Positions 17,783-26,513 of a stretch of 52,509 bases of DNA are shown here, piece by piece. Origin of the DNA: Bacteroidales bacterium (GTDB taxonomy: Bacteria; Bacteroidota; Bacteroidia; Bacteroidales; Muribaculaceae); contig JAJBVP010000290.1 of NCBI GenBank assembly GCA_020859755.1, forward strand, positions 1 to 52,509, written 5' to 3'. The position numbers and the translations under genes were made by a program. How positions within the stretch are numbered: position 1 is the first letter of the stretch; each line of letters starts with the position of its first letter. A model generated the notes under the pieces. It was not told the origin of the DNA, did no database searches, and worked only from the letters and a program-made list of their open reading frames with translations.

Positions 17783-19000
17783 ATGGACAAAATAGTTTCC
17801 CGCAATCCCTCGGCGTTGGGTGACTTCAATTTTGATGCCCTCACCCAATGCATCTCCACAATTCACTCCGCGTTGCAGTCGTCGGCTGCCAATGCGGTAA
17901 ACCGATTCGCCACCATCCGAAACTGGCTAATTGGCAGATACATCGTTGAATATGAGCAAAATGGCAACGACCGGGCACAGTATGGCGCAAGGCTGCTGCC
18001 TAACATAGTTGAGAAGGTGCGTATTAGAGGCATCAATACGACAATGTTGGCTCATGCTCGGAATTTTTATTTGATGTATCCTCAAGTCATTGAGGCTATT
18101 ACGCCAATTCTCCCGATGCTGTCGGGTAAATTGATAAATATACCATTTTCATTTGATTTGCTATCCTCACCCTCTGATGCAATTTTCCCGACAGCGTCGG
18201 GAAAATTTACGGAGAGTATTGAGCAACAGGCATTTGAGGCCACGGAGAGAATTTGTCCGACGCCGTCGGGCAAATTCACCACTCCAGCCACGACCTTGAT
18301 CTCCAAGCTTTCTTTCTCCCACATCGTGGAGCTTCTGTCAATTGACGACCCGCTGATACGGTTCTTCTATGAATTTGAGTGCATGCGGAATGCGTGGAGC
18401 GTGAAGGAACTCCACCGTCAGATTGTCACCAACTTGCACATACGTGTCGGCTTGAGCAAGAAGCCCGAACTGGCAATGAAAAAACTTGCAGAGATCACTG
18501 AGCAGCAGAACACGCGACTACAGATCAAGGATCCGTTAACGCTTGAATTTCTCGGACTCGACGCTGGAGAGTATGTCACCGAGAATGACTTGGAAACTGG
18601 CCTGATCTCCCATCTTCAAGAATTTATGCTCGAATTGGGCAAGGGGTTCTGTTTCGAGGCGCGCCAAAAGCGAATGATTATTGACGACCGATACTATTTC
18701 GCTGATTTGGTGTTCTATAATCGCTTGCTCCACTGCAACGTGATTCTGGAAATAAAGAACGACGAGTTCAAGCATGAGTATTTGGGGCAACTCAATGCCT
18801 ACGTCTCTTATTATCGTGAAAACGAGATGCAACCAGGCGACAACCCTCCCGTAGGCATTCTCCTCTGCACCCGCAAAGGCAAGCGAATGGTGGAATACGC
18901 CCTTGCAGGGATGGACAACAACCTGTTCGTTTCCACCTACATGTTATGCCTCCCCGACAAGAGGCAGTTGGAAAGCTTCTTGGAGAACGCCATAGATTAG
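17783..19000 (+). CDS. DUF1016 / YhcG-family PD-(D/E)xK nuclease-fold protein.
   Basis: YhcG-like N-terminal domain (VNRFATIRNWLIGRYIVEYEQNG..AQYG). LSFSHIVELL motif. C-terminal nuclease core ...YYFADLVFYNRLLHCNVILEIKNDEF. A central linker carries three PxxSGK(F/L) repeats. Confidence 0.85.
   Translation: MDKIVSRNPSALGDFNFDALTQCISTIHSALQSSAANAVNRFATIRNWLIGRYIVEYEQNGNDRAQYGARLLPNIVEKVRIRGINTTMLAHARNFYLMYPQVIEAITPILPMLSGKLINIPFSFDLLSSPSDAIFPTASGKFTESIEQQAFEATERICPTPSGKFTTPATTLISKLSFSHIVELLSIDDPLIRFFYEFECMRNAWSVKELHRQIVTNLHIRVGLSKKPELAMKKLAEITEQQNTRLQIKDPLTLEFLGLDAGEYVTENDLETGLISHLQEFMLELGKGFCFEARQKRMIIDDRYYFADLVFYNRLLHCNVILEIKNDEFKHEYLGQLNAYVSYYRENEMQPGDNPPVGILLCTRKGKRMVEYALAGMDNNLFVSTYMLCLPDKRQLESFLENAID
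18106..18276. repeat. Three in-frame 27-bp palindromic repeats inside the DUF1016 gene, at 18106-18132, 18181-18207 and 18250-18276.
   Basis: Consensus AATTyTCCCGAC-nnn-GTCGGGnAAATT. The middle copy is a perfect 12-bp-arm palindrome, AATTTTCCCGAC AGC GTCGGGAAAATT. Spacings are 75 and 69 nt, both multiples of 3. Confidence 0.85.
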
Positions 19001-19004
19001 CTAT

Positions 19005-20651
19005 ATGCGAAAACTACTATATATCACAATATTAGCACTTACCGTTGGCTTGTCAGCTTGCTCGCGATCGGCTCGGCAGAAGCAAATCCTTGTTGAGGCT
19101 GAGAGGATAGCCGCTATGTACCCCGATAGTGCGTTAGCCTTGGTAAGCGACATCGATGCCCAAGATCTCAAAGACGCTGACAATAAAGCGCTGTATGCCA
19201 CAGTAATAGCCACGGTCAATAACGTAAAAGAAAGTTCCATGGCCGGAGATTCCCTTATACGCTTTGCCTACAATTTCTATCGAGGGAATGACAAAGAGCG
19301 GTTCCTCCGAAGCGGCAATCTCTATGCGATGCATCTTTTTTGGATGGGCGAAGGAATGGCTTCTCTGGCTGTGCTCGACTCCTTGTTGGCAACTCCCAAT
19401 CTCCCCGATAGCATTGAGATTGAACTACTTCAAACCCGAACGGGGATAGGGGGATCGCTGTTTGACTGCAAGCGCAATATCTGCTACATAAAGCGTCTTC
19501 AGAAGTTGGACAATAACACTGAGGCACAGTTGGATTACAAATATCAGTTGTGCGAGAACTACCAGTTTGCTGGCCAGAGCGACTCGGCATTAACCTTGAT
19601 TGACGAATTGATTGAATATGCTAAAGTACACCAATTGGCTGAGGATCAATTCAAATTTACCTATGAGAAAGTCGGGATTCTGGAGGAGAAAGGTCGTTAT
19701 GCCGAAAGTAACGCTCTCGTGGACTATATCTGGAGTCATGCGCCCGACTACTCCTCCAATTCTTTCCTACACTATTGGAAAGCCCTTAATTATTTCAACT
19801 TGGGGGATTTCAAGAATTCACAGCATCACCTTGCGATAGCCGATAGCAGCGCCATAACCTCGACCGATATTGATCGGGATTACTACGAGAGTTTTGCCCG
19901 ACCTCTCCGGGAGTATTTGGCTTACAAGCAGTCGGGCGTGATAAAATTGACCCAACTGGCTTTTGCCAACAACCTCCAACAGCACAAATCTAACCGTATC
20001 GAGACAAACCGTCGCCAAGCGGAGCAAAATTCGCTCATGGTGGAGAATCGCGCACTTGAGCTTAAAGCCGAAAATCAGCGCAAGACCGCCATTATAATTA
20101 TTGTCATCCTTATCGCCGTCATCATCACGATAATAGCTCTATGGAATATACAAAAACGCAGACGCCGGGTAGTCGAGGCCGAGGAACGAGTTGATGCCCT
20201 CAACAAAATGGTGGAGGAACTTAAGCATCCTACCCCAACTTCTGCGCATGACGCGCTGCGCCGTGCCATGCTCCAACAACTTGGCATTATAAAAATGGTG
20301 GCCGAGACTCCAACTGAACAGAATCGCGAAATGCTGCGTAAAATTTCATCAATGGAGAACGAAGCCACTGGAGGTGCGCTCGTGAATTGGGACAACGTCT
20401 ACGAGATCGTCGACAACCTTTACTCCGATTTCTGCAAAAAGCTTCACAACCGATATGGCGGCATCCTTACTGAGAAAGAAGAACAGGTGATAGTGCTGTT
20501 TGTGGCTGGATTCTCGGCCAAAGAGATCAGCGTCATCACATCTCAATCCACAGCCTCGATCTATGTGCGCAAATCGGCGGTAAAGAAGAAGCTTGGCGTG
20601 GCCGAGAAGGAGGATGTGGTGGATTTTCTGAAACAAGAGCTGACGCGTTAA
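19005..20651 (+). CDS. Membrane-anchored one-component regulator: lipoprotein-type signal, extracytoplasmic TPR-like domain, a single TM helix and a cytoplasmic LuxR-type HTH.
   Basis: N-terminus MRKLLYITILALTVGLSACS. TM segment TAIIIIVILIAVIITIIALW followed by KRRRR. C-terminal HTH LTEKEEQVIVLFVAGFSAKEISVITSQSTASIYVRKSAVKKKLGV. Confidence 0.8.
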   Translation: MRKLLYITILALTVGLSACSRSARQKQILVEAERIAAMYPDSALALVSDIDAQDLKDADNKALYATVIATVNNVKESSMAGDSLIRFAYNFYRGNDKERFLRSGNLYAMHLFWMGEGMASLAVLDSLLATPNLPDSIEIELLQTRTGIGGSLFDCKRNICYIKRLQKLDNNTEAQLDYKYQLCENYQFAGQSDSALTLIDELIEYAKVHQLAEDQFKFTYEKVGILEEKGRYAESNALVDYIWSHAPDYSSNSFLHYWKALNYFNLGDFKNSQHHLAIADSSAITSTDIDRDYYESFARPLREYLAYKQSGVIKLTQLAFANNLQQHKSNRIETNRRQAEQNSLMVENRALELKAENQRKTAIIIIVILIAVIITIIALWNIQKRRRRVVEAEERVDALNKMVEELKHPTPTSAHDALRRAMLQQLGIIKMVAETPTEQNREMLRKISSMENEATGGALVNWDNVYEIVDNLYSDFCKKLHNRYGGILTEKEEQVIVLFVAGFSAKEISVITSQSTASIYVRKSAVKKKLGVAEKEDVVDFLKQELTR

Positions 20652-20808
20652 GGCACTTTTAGATGGGATAGAGCTGATTTTAGAATTTTATAAGAAACAA
20701 CAACTGATAATCAGCTTTTTACAATTTGAAATTTAGATTTTTAGATTTGGTGTTAAGATTGCTTTAGGCGTTACTTTGTGGTACAGAAATCAACAAAAGT
20801 ATCGCAAT

Positions 20809-22902
20809 ATGAACGCCAAAATCTTTACTCAATTCCTGGCCGTGATGCTGGCCATCATCGTCTCCTGTGAAGCAGTCGCCCAAGAGGTGTCCGACACTAT
20901 CACGGGCCAAAGCCTACATGAAGTCGTTGTCCAAGCACCTAAAGTGATCCGCAAAGCGGATATGGATGTCTACTTCCCATCCCAAAGCGCCGTCGAGTAC
21001 TCCCGAAACGGCATGCAGCTTCTCCATAACCTCATGATCCCCTCGCTCTCGGTGGTCGAAGCGATGGGCACGATAAAAGCGGGAGGGCAGTCGGTGCAAG
21101 TACGTATCAACGGTAGGGAGGCCACAATCGATCAGGTGAAGGCTCTACTGCCCCAGACCATCAAGCGGGTGGAATGGATCGACAATCCCGGACTACGTTA
21201 CCAAGGAACCAACTACGTGCTCAACTTCATCGTCGCAAACCCAACACTTGGAGGCTCCATGCAAGCCGAGGATCGTCAGGCTTTGAACACGGCTTGGGGC
21301 GATTATTTCGTTGACAGCAAGTTTAATAACGGCCGTTCTCAGTGGGATGTAGGGGCCAACTTCAAACTCACCAACAAGGTGAAATCTCACCGTGACTACA
21401 CGGAAACTTTCACCTATCCCGACGGCACATCTCTCACCCGCGATGAAACGCCCATCGGGGGACATTGCGACAATACCTATGGGCGACTGTGGGGCGCCTA
21501 CACCTACATCAAGCCTGACACCACAATATTTTATGTGGAGGCCAGCGTGGCTCCCACCTTTTCCGATGACTACTATGCCAAGGGTCGGATGTCGCTCACT
21601 GACGGCTCGGAAGACATACTTCTCTCTGACTCGCATGGCGACCATGGAACTACTCCTCGATTCTCGGCTTACCTTGAACAACATTTTCGCGGACGTCAGA
21701 CACTGGTAGTGGATTTCAACGCCACACTCTACTTCGGCAAATCGTATTCCGACTACCTGGAGCAGACGACAGCACCTCCAGTTGCCACCCTGTCAGACAT
21801 CCACACCATGATTAAAGACCGTAACCAGGCTTACGCTCTCCAAGCCAACTACATCAAGCGATGGAAACAGTCGAAGTTTACCGCAGGCGCCTCATACACA
21901 GCCAACCGTAACCGCTCGCGATACGAAAATTTGGAAGGGGAGGTGTTTCATCAGCACCAAGACAAGGTATATCTGTTCGCCGAATACCTGCAACGCATTC
22001 AGAAAGTTACCCTTACGGCGGGGCTCGGAGCGCAGTTCACCAAATTCCAGTTCAAGGAAACGGAGCAAGGGAACCATTTCTGTAACCTCCGTCCCCAAGC
22101 TTCAATCAACTACCGGCTTAACGACGACCACCAATTCCGGTTGAGTTTCCAGTCATGGCAGTCGGCTCCATCCCTGGCGCAGACCAACGTCGCTCCGCAG
22201 CAAATCGACGGATTCCAATGGAGGATTGGCAACCCGCATCTCAAAACCTCCAACTCTTACCAGCTCACCTTCCGGTACAATTTCAGTCTGCCGATTATGG
22301 AGGTATCTCTTGGCGTCCGTGCCTTCACCAGCCCCAACGCTATTACTCCAATCCTGTATTGGGCCGATGACAAGTTGATTAACTCTTATGAAAACAGTCG
22401 AGGGCTTCAAAACCTCACATTCTTCCTCTCACCGCAGGTGGTGCTTATCCCCAATTGGCTCATGGCAAGCGGCCATGTCCAGTATCGTATGGAGCGTATG
22501 CGTGGCACCGGCTACAAGTTTTACAATCACAACTGGAGCGGCAACGTGGATGTCATGCTCACCCACTGGGGTTTTGAACTGGTTGGGCAATACGTCCGCG
22601 CCCAACACCACCTTTGGGGCGAGAAAATCAGTTGGGGAGAGAACCTCACCATCCTCCAGCTCTCCTACAACTGGCGCAACTGGCAATTCGGAGCGGGAGT
22701 AATCATGCCCTTTGGCAGATACGACCAAGGAAGCAAGATGCTCAGCCCTTGGAACACCAACGAGCAGCACCTCCGTCTCGACATGAGCATGCCCTACGTC
22801 AGCGTTAGCTACCACCTCCAATGGGGACGCCAAAAACGCGGAGCCTCCAAGCTCTTCAACGCCGATGCCTCTGTCGAAAAATCCTCTGCCGCTGGCCGAT
22901 AA
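20809..22902 (+). CDS. Outer-membrane beta-barrel family protein, a paralog type of the 13619-15844 protein, carried as element cargo.
   Basis: Signal peptide MNAKIFTQFLAVMLAIIVSCEAVAQ. Plug-like VVVQAPKV...LLHNLMIPSLSVVEAMGTIKAGG. Barrel-like C-terminal part. The start was trimmed from the TTG at 20776 to the ATG at 20809. Confidence 0.8.
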   Translation: MNAKIFTQFLAVMLAIIVSCEAVAQEVSDTITGQSLHEVVVQAPKVIRKADMDVYFPSQSAVEYSRNGMQLLHNLMIPSLSVVEAMGTIKAGGQSVQVRINGREATIDQVKALLPQTIKRVEWIDNPGLRYQGTNYVLNFIVANPTLGGSMQAEDRQALNTAWGDYFVDSKFNNGRSQWDVGANFKLTNKVKSHRDYTETFTYPDGTSLTRDETPIGGHCDNTYGRLWGAYTYIKPDTTIFYVEASVAPTFSDDYYAKGRMSLTDGSEDILLSDSHGDHGTTPRFSAYLEQHFRGRQTLVVDFNATLYFGKSYSDYLEQTTAPPVATLSDIHTMIKDRNQAYALQANYIKRWKQSKFTAGASYTANRNRSRYENLEGEVFHQHQDKVYLFAEYLQRIQKVTLTAGLGAQFTKFQFKETEQGNHFCNLRPQASINYRLNDDHQFRLSFQSWQSAPSLAQTNVAPQQIDGFQWRIGNPHLKTSNSYQLTFRYNFSLPIMEVSLGVRAFTSPNAITPILYWADDKLINSYENSRGLQNLTFFLSPQVVLIPNWLMASGHVQYRMERMRGTGYKFYNHNWSGNVDVMLTHWGFELVGQYVRAQHHLWGEKISWGENLTILQLSYNWRNWQFGAGVIMPFGRYDQGSKMLSPWNTNEQHLRLDMSMPYVSVSYHLQWGRQKRGASKLFNADASVEKSSAAGR

Positions 22903-22930
22903 TACCCTTGGGGTAGCCTCAGATATCTGC

Positions 22931-23347
22931 CTACTCGTTGGGCGATTGGTAGAAAGAGGCGAGAGGTTCCTTGTGCGCCGAGCAATCCCAACCGACAGGA
23001 CGTGTCATGTAATATAGTCGTTCGATGAGACGGCGTGCGCGCTGTGGATCCTCGTTAAAATTGGAGGCTCGGCACAGGATGTCGATGTCCTGAAGGTCGA
23101 CTATCACGCAGAGACGAAGTCGTAAAATTTGAGCGATGGAACGGAGTTGATCCTGTGAAAAAGGATGTATGCCACGTTCCATTCTCTGGTAATGGGCAGG
23201 GGTGCAGCCGATGACCTTTGCGAGCATCGGCACTGTGATATGAAGCCTCTTGCGGGCTTGGATTAACGCCATTTCGACCGCGCCATAGAAGCGGCTCCAA
23301 TCGCGACGGTAGCGGTTTCGGAGATCGCTGTTGATACAGTTGTTCAT
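22931..23347 (-). CDS. XRE-family helix-turn-helix protein.
   Basis: HTH core ITVPMLAKVIGCTPAHYQRMERGIHPFSQDQLRSIAQIL. Convergent with the OMP gene. Confidence 0.7.
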   Translation of the reverse strand: MNNCINSDLRNRYRRDWSRFYGAVEMALIQARKRLHITVPMLAKVIGCTPAHYQRMERGIHPFSQDQLRSIAQILRLRLCVIVDLQDIDILCRASNFNEDPQRARRLIERLYYMTRPVGWDCSAHKEPLASFYQSPNE

Positions 23348-23619
23348 AATCGGGGGGTTACTGATAAGTGGTCTAAAAATGGGTTAGTGTCAGCTTGCTG
23401 TTACCACATGTTACGCGCAACCGGTGTGGTAAAACCTGCACTCGGAATGCATCGCAATTTCCGAGGTGCGTATTAGGCTCCCTCACCAAGGATGCGAGCG
23501 GTTCGGGCAAGCCCGACGTGTGAGCAGTCTCCATAAAATAGGTTACACTCAACGAGTGGATTATAAAAGTCAGGATCGACACGTTATCGTGGGAATTTTA
23601 TAGCTGAATAGCTCTCAGG

Positions 23620-24507
23620 TTACTGTAACGTGCAGCTGTCAACGGCTGTCCCCTTATTTGCATCCCTTGCCTTAACGTGCCATTCGTTAAGGTCGTTGTG
23701 GGATCGGTACAGAGAGTTGTGTGAGGTGGCTCTGTCTCCGAGCCATGAGGTGATTTCCGCTGTAGCTCTCTCCCCGCCCTCATCATTATCGAGGAATAAG
23801 TGAGCCTCGGCATAAGACTCCAAAACCGCACGGGCTCGAATCAGATTAGCGGTTGAGTTGAGGATAACGGCATCACTCCCCGCGCCCCACCTTTGCAGGA
23901 AAGTGAGGTAGTCGAAGAAGCCCTCAAAGACTGCGACCTTGCCTTTTTTCTTGTGCGCCCGCACAGTAATATCCTTCGGCGAGATGCTCCCCTTGAATTG
24001 CGGATTACGAATCTCGTAGCCTCCCGACTGATTCTTGAAGCCGATTGCGTAACAGGATTTTCCTCTCAGCGCATAGTCGAGTTTGACACATTCGCGACGA
24101 GCCACATCCATCTCGATGCCGCGACTGTCAAGGTAGGCTATCAGCGGCCACTTTCTTAGCGGCGACTCTCGGACTTCTTGATAAGGACTATCGCAATGAG
24201 CCTGGGGCAGAGTGGACGCACAAGGAACAGCCCCCGACTCGACGATTGCCACCAGCGCTTCTGCCACACTTTTGAGGGAGTTCAACCTCATCACAAGGTC
24301 GATGATGGAGCCGCCAATTCCAAGCCCGTGATCGTACCACAGGTTGAGATCAATTGCCACTTTGAACGAGGGTGTGCGCTTCGGATGCAGCGGGGAAAGG
24401 TACCAGACATTACCCTGACTCACTCTGGCGGGTGAATATCCCAGTCTTGCTAAAAAGTCCACGATGGACACCGACTTAGCCTCTTGGATGCTTATTCCGG
24501 TTTTCAT
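23620..24507 (-). CDS. Toprim-domain, DNA-primase-like protein (the type seen as PrmN1 in Bacteroides mobilizable elements).
   Basis: N-terminal degenerate CHC2-like region IVDFLARLGYSPARVSQGNVWYLSPLHPKRTPSFKVAIDLNLWYDHGLGIGGSIIDLV. Toprim-like VAVFEGFFDYLTF and FLDNDEGG. Confidence 0.8.
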   Translation of the reverse strand: MKTGISIQEAKSVSIVDFLARLGYSPARVSQGNVWYLSPLHPKRTPSFKVAIDLNLWYDHGLGIGGSIIDLVMRLNSLKSVAEALVAIVESGAVPCASTLPQAHCDSPYQEVRESPLRKWPLIAYLDSRGIEMDVARRECVKLDYALRGKSCYAIGFKNQSGGYEIRNPQFKGSISPKDITVRAHKKKGKVAVFEGFFDYLTFLQRWGAGSDAVILNSTANLIRARAVLESYAEAHLFLDNDEGGERATAEITSWLGDRATSHNSLYRSHNDLNEWHVKARDANKGTAVDSCTLQ

Positions 24508-24737
24508 ATATAGAATTTCATTGGATAAAAAAACGATGATTCGATGATTTTGCCAATCAAAGAGTTGTGTATTAGAGTCTTACTTCTTCATCACACCTTC
24601 ATCAAAATAGAAGCGGTGAAAGAAGAAAAAGATGACAACTCATCCATTTTATTGATTTGATGAAATATTGATGATTCTATATACCATTGAGTAATAAGTG
24701 CTTATATTCCATATTCATCAATTCATCAAAATTTAGG
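24508..24737. promoter_or_regulatory. AT-rich iteron-like cluster: at least 8 copies of TTCATCA / TGATGA(A/T), arranged in closely spaced pairs. Candidate replication origin or regulatory region.
   Basis: Pairs at 24535/24543 (GATGATT), 24587/24598 (TTCATCA), 24657/24669 (TGATGAA, TGATGAT) and 24714/24722 (TTCATCA). The cluster lies between the helicase-like and toprim genes. Confidence 0.45.
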
Positions 24738-24796
24738 TTATAGTTTCAACGAGTCCAGCAATTTTCGCGTTATCGTGAAGTAGCGGCCTTTGTCCT

Positions 24797-25936
24797 TTAC
24801 GCGGGTGTACTTGGACCCGATGGGAGGGTACTGCCGCTGGATCTTGTCGTAGGCGAGGGAGTTGGGGCATTCTCCAATCCCCAAAACTCATGAAGGATTC
24901 GTTTTACGGTGGTTTTATCGACACGCTCTCCCTCGGCGTTCAGCAGATTCACAACGTCCTTGGGTACCACCCCGATGCTGTCAATGCCCAATTCCGTCAT
25001 GATGTCGTCGAAGAGTTCGATCATGTCAGCTTCCGCGGGATTACGACACGCCCGCATGATTTTGTCAAGAGCCGGGGTGTGGATTTTGTCGGGAGCGAAC
25101 CACATTCTGCTTTCTTTCACCGTCGACATTTGGCGATGCAACAGGAAGTGGAGGAAGGCGGGGATCTCGGATTTGATTTTTTCCAGGGCGTTGGTGTCGT
25201 CACTGTCAAGAGGCTTGACTCTACGCACCCAATAACGTATCTCCTGGCGATCGATGATCAGTGGACGGTACTCGTTGTTGCTGCATAGCACAAACTTGCC
25301 GTAGAACCCCACCTCAACCCGATCCTTCCCTTTCGACTCCGACTTGAACGACAACGCCGTGCTCAGGTTTTTCAGCCGCTCCGAATCCTCTCGGCGATTC
25401 AAGGAGGTTTCATCAATGAGTATCAGCAACTTGGCCATCCAGTCGGCATTGAATCGGCTGCTGAAGTTCTCATTGGTGTTGAACGTGGCGTTCTCCTGAA
25501 AGATTGCCTTCAAAAAGTTGAGGAAGGTGGTTTTGCCCGTCCCGCGGTCAGTGGAGACAAGCAATAGAATCGGTAGTACCTGCTTGGGTTGCAGATACAG
25601 CAGCTGCATGTAGTCCAGGCCCAACTCATACTGTTCCTCGAAGATGTGGCTCAGCAGGTGTTGAATGGTGGACCAATCCCCAGGGGTGGGGACGTGGGAG
25701 ATCGGCTCATATTGGTTGTAGAAGTTTCCGCACTCTCGGCGATAGCCTATATGCGCCGGCTCGATCACGAAGTCGTCAAACTGCGGGATTCTCCTCACCT
25801 CATCCTTCGAGAAGTCCATAACGAGGATTTGCAACTTCCACGGCTTCATCACGGTGCGCTCGTTACCGTCCTCTGAGACGCGGATCAGCTTATAGTAGAC
25901 GGTGCCCACTCGGATGTAATCGTCAATGGTGTTCAT
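24797..25936 (-). CDS. Phage/plasmid primase-associated SF3-helicase-like P-loop NTPase (VirE/D5-C-terminal-like). The 3' end may be frameshifted.
   Basis: Walker A LLLVSTDRGTGKTTF and Walker B KLLILIDE. The last 25 or so residues (APTPSPTTRSSGSTLPSGPSTPA) look like out-of-frame translation. Confidence 0.8.
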   Translation of the reverse strand: MNTIDDYIRVGTVYYKLIRVSEDGNERTVMKPWKLQILVMDFSKDEVRRIPQFDDFVIEPAHIGYRRECGNFYNQYEPISHVPTPGDWSTIQHLLSHIFEEQYELGLDYMQLLYLQPKQVLPILLLVSTDRGTGKTTFLNFLKAIFQENATFNTNENFSSRFNADWMAKLLILIDETSLNRREDSERLKNLSTALSFKSESKGKDRVEVGFYGKFVLCSNNEYRPLIIDRQEIRYWVRRVKPLDSDDTNALEKIKSEIPAFLHFLLHRQMSTVKESRMWFAPDKIHTPALDKIMRACRNPAEADMIELFDDIMTELGIDSIGVVPKDVVNLLNAEGERVDKTTVKRILHEFWGLENAPTPSPTTRSSGSTLPSGPSTPA

Positions 25937-26253
25937 CGGCGGTAGGATTTCAAGTGGGCGTCTCGATTCATACCGGCCAACTCAATGGCCTTCTCCACAT
26001 CGATCACGATCTTTCGACCGATTTGGGTGATGGCGGCGTTGATGCGTCCGCTCTTTTTGATGCGGTTGGCCGTGGGTAGGCTGCAATTGAAGATCTCAGC
26101 GATTCCGGCGATGCCGTACACATATTTCTTCTCGGGATTCTGGGCCGGCACATTCACTGCCGTAGATACCGGCTGAGAGCAGCGACTGAGTTCCAGGAAC
26201 TCCTCGCCGGTCATTTGCCATATGGGCTTTTGTAAAAGGTCAGAAAGGTTCAT
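25933..26253 (-). CDS. DUF3853-like helix-turn-helix (excisionase/MerR-like) protein.
   Basis: MNLSDLLQKPIWQMTGEEFLEL... then KKYVYGIAGIAEIFNCSLPTANRIKKSGRINAAITQIGRKIVIDVEKAIEL. The start was trimmed to the ATG at 26253. There is a 4-nt overlap with the helicase-like gene. Confidence 0.7.
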   Translation of the reverse strand: MNLSDLLQKPIWQMTGEEFLELSRCSQPVSTAVNVPAQNPEKKYVYGIAGIAEIFNCSLPTANRIKKSGRINAAITQIGRKIVIDVEKAIELAGMNRDAHLKSYRR

Positions 26254-26513
26254 TGCGATTAGGGTTAAGTGCATAAAATATTTCTGGCACAAAGGTCTAA
26301 ATTTTCCCTGCAACCACTTAGGTGGAAAACACCAAAAGAATTTAAATCACTTATTCAACTTTTTATCAGAGCGTTACACCACTCAACTTCCTATGTGTTC
26401 ACGCAAGAGAACAGAAACGGTGGAGGGTAACATGGGAATCCCTTCCACAGAGGTGGTGAAATATGATACTAAAGTTGAAAATGTCGGGTGTCGAGCTCCA
26501 CCGTGGTGGACTC

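Noticed and set aside
20771-20778. A -7 promoter box for the cargo OMP gene (TTACTTTG).
   Set aside because: It deviates from TAnnTTTG at the conserved A, so it is too weak to list as a feature.
23373-23582. 69-aa minus-strand ORF in the element's non-coding gap.
   Set aside because: Its composition and length are unconvincing and it has no recognisable motif. The region is reported instead as a structured non-coding gap.
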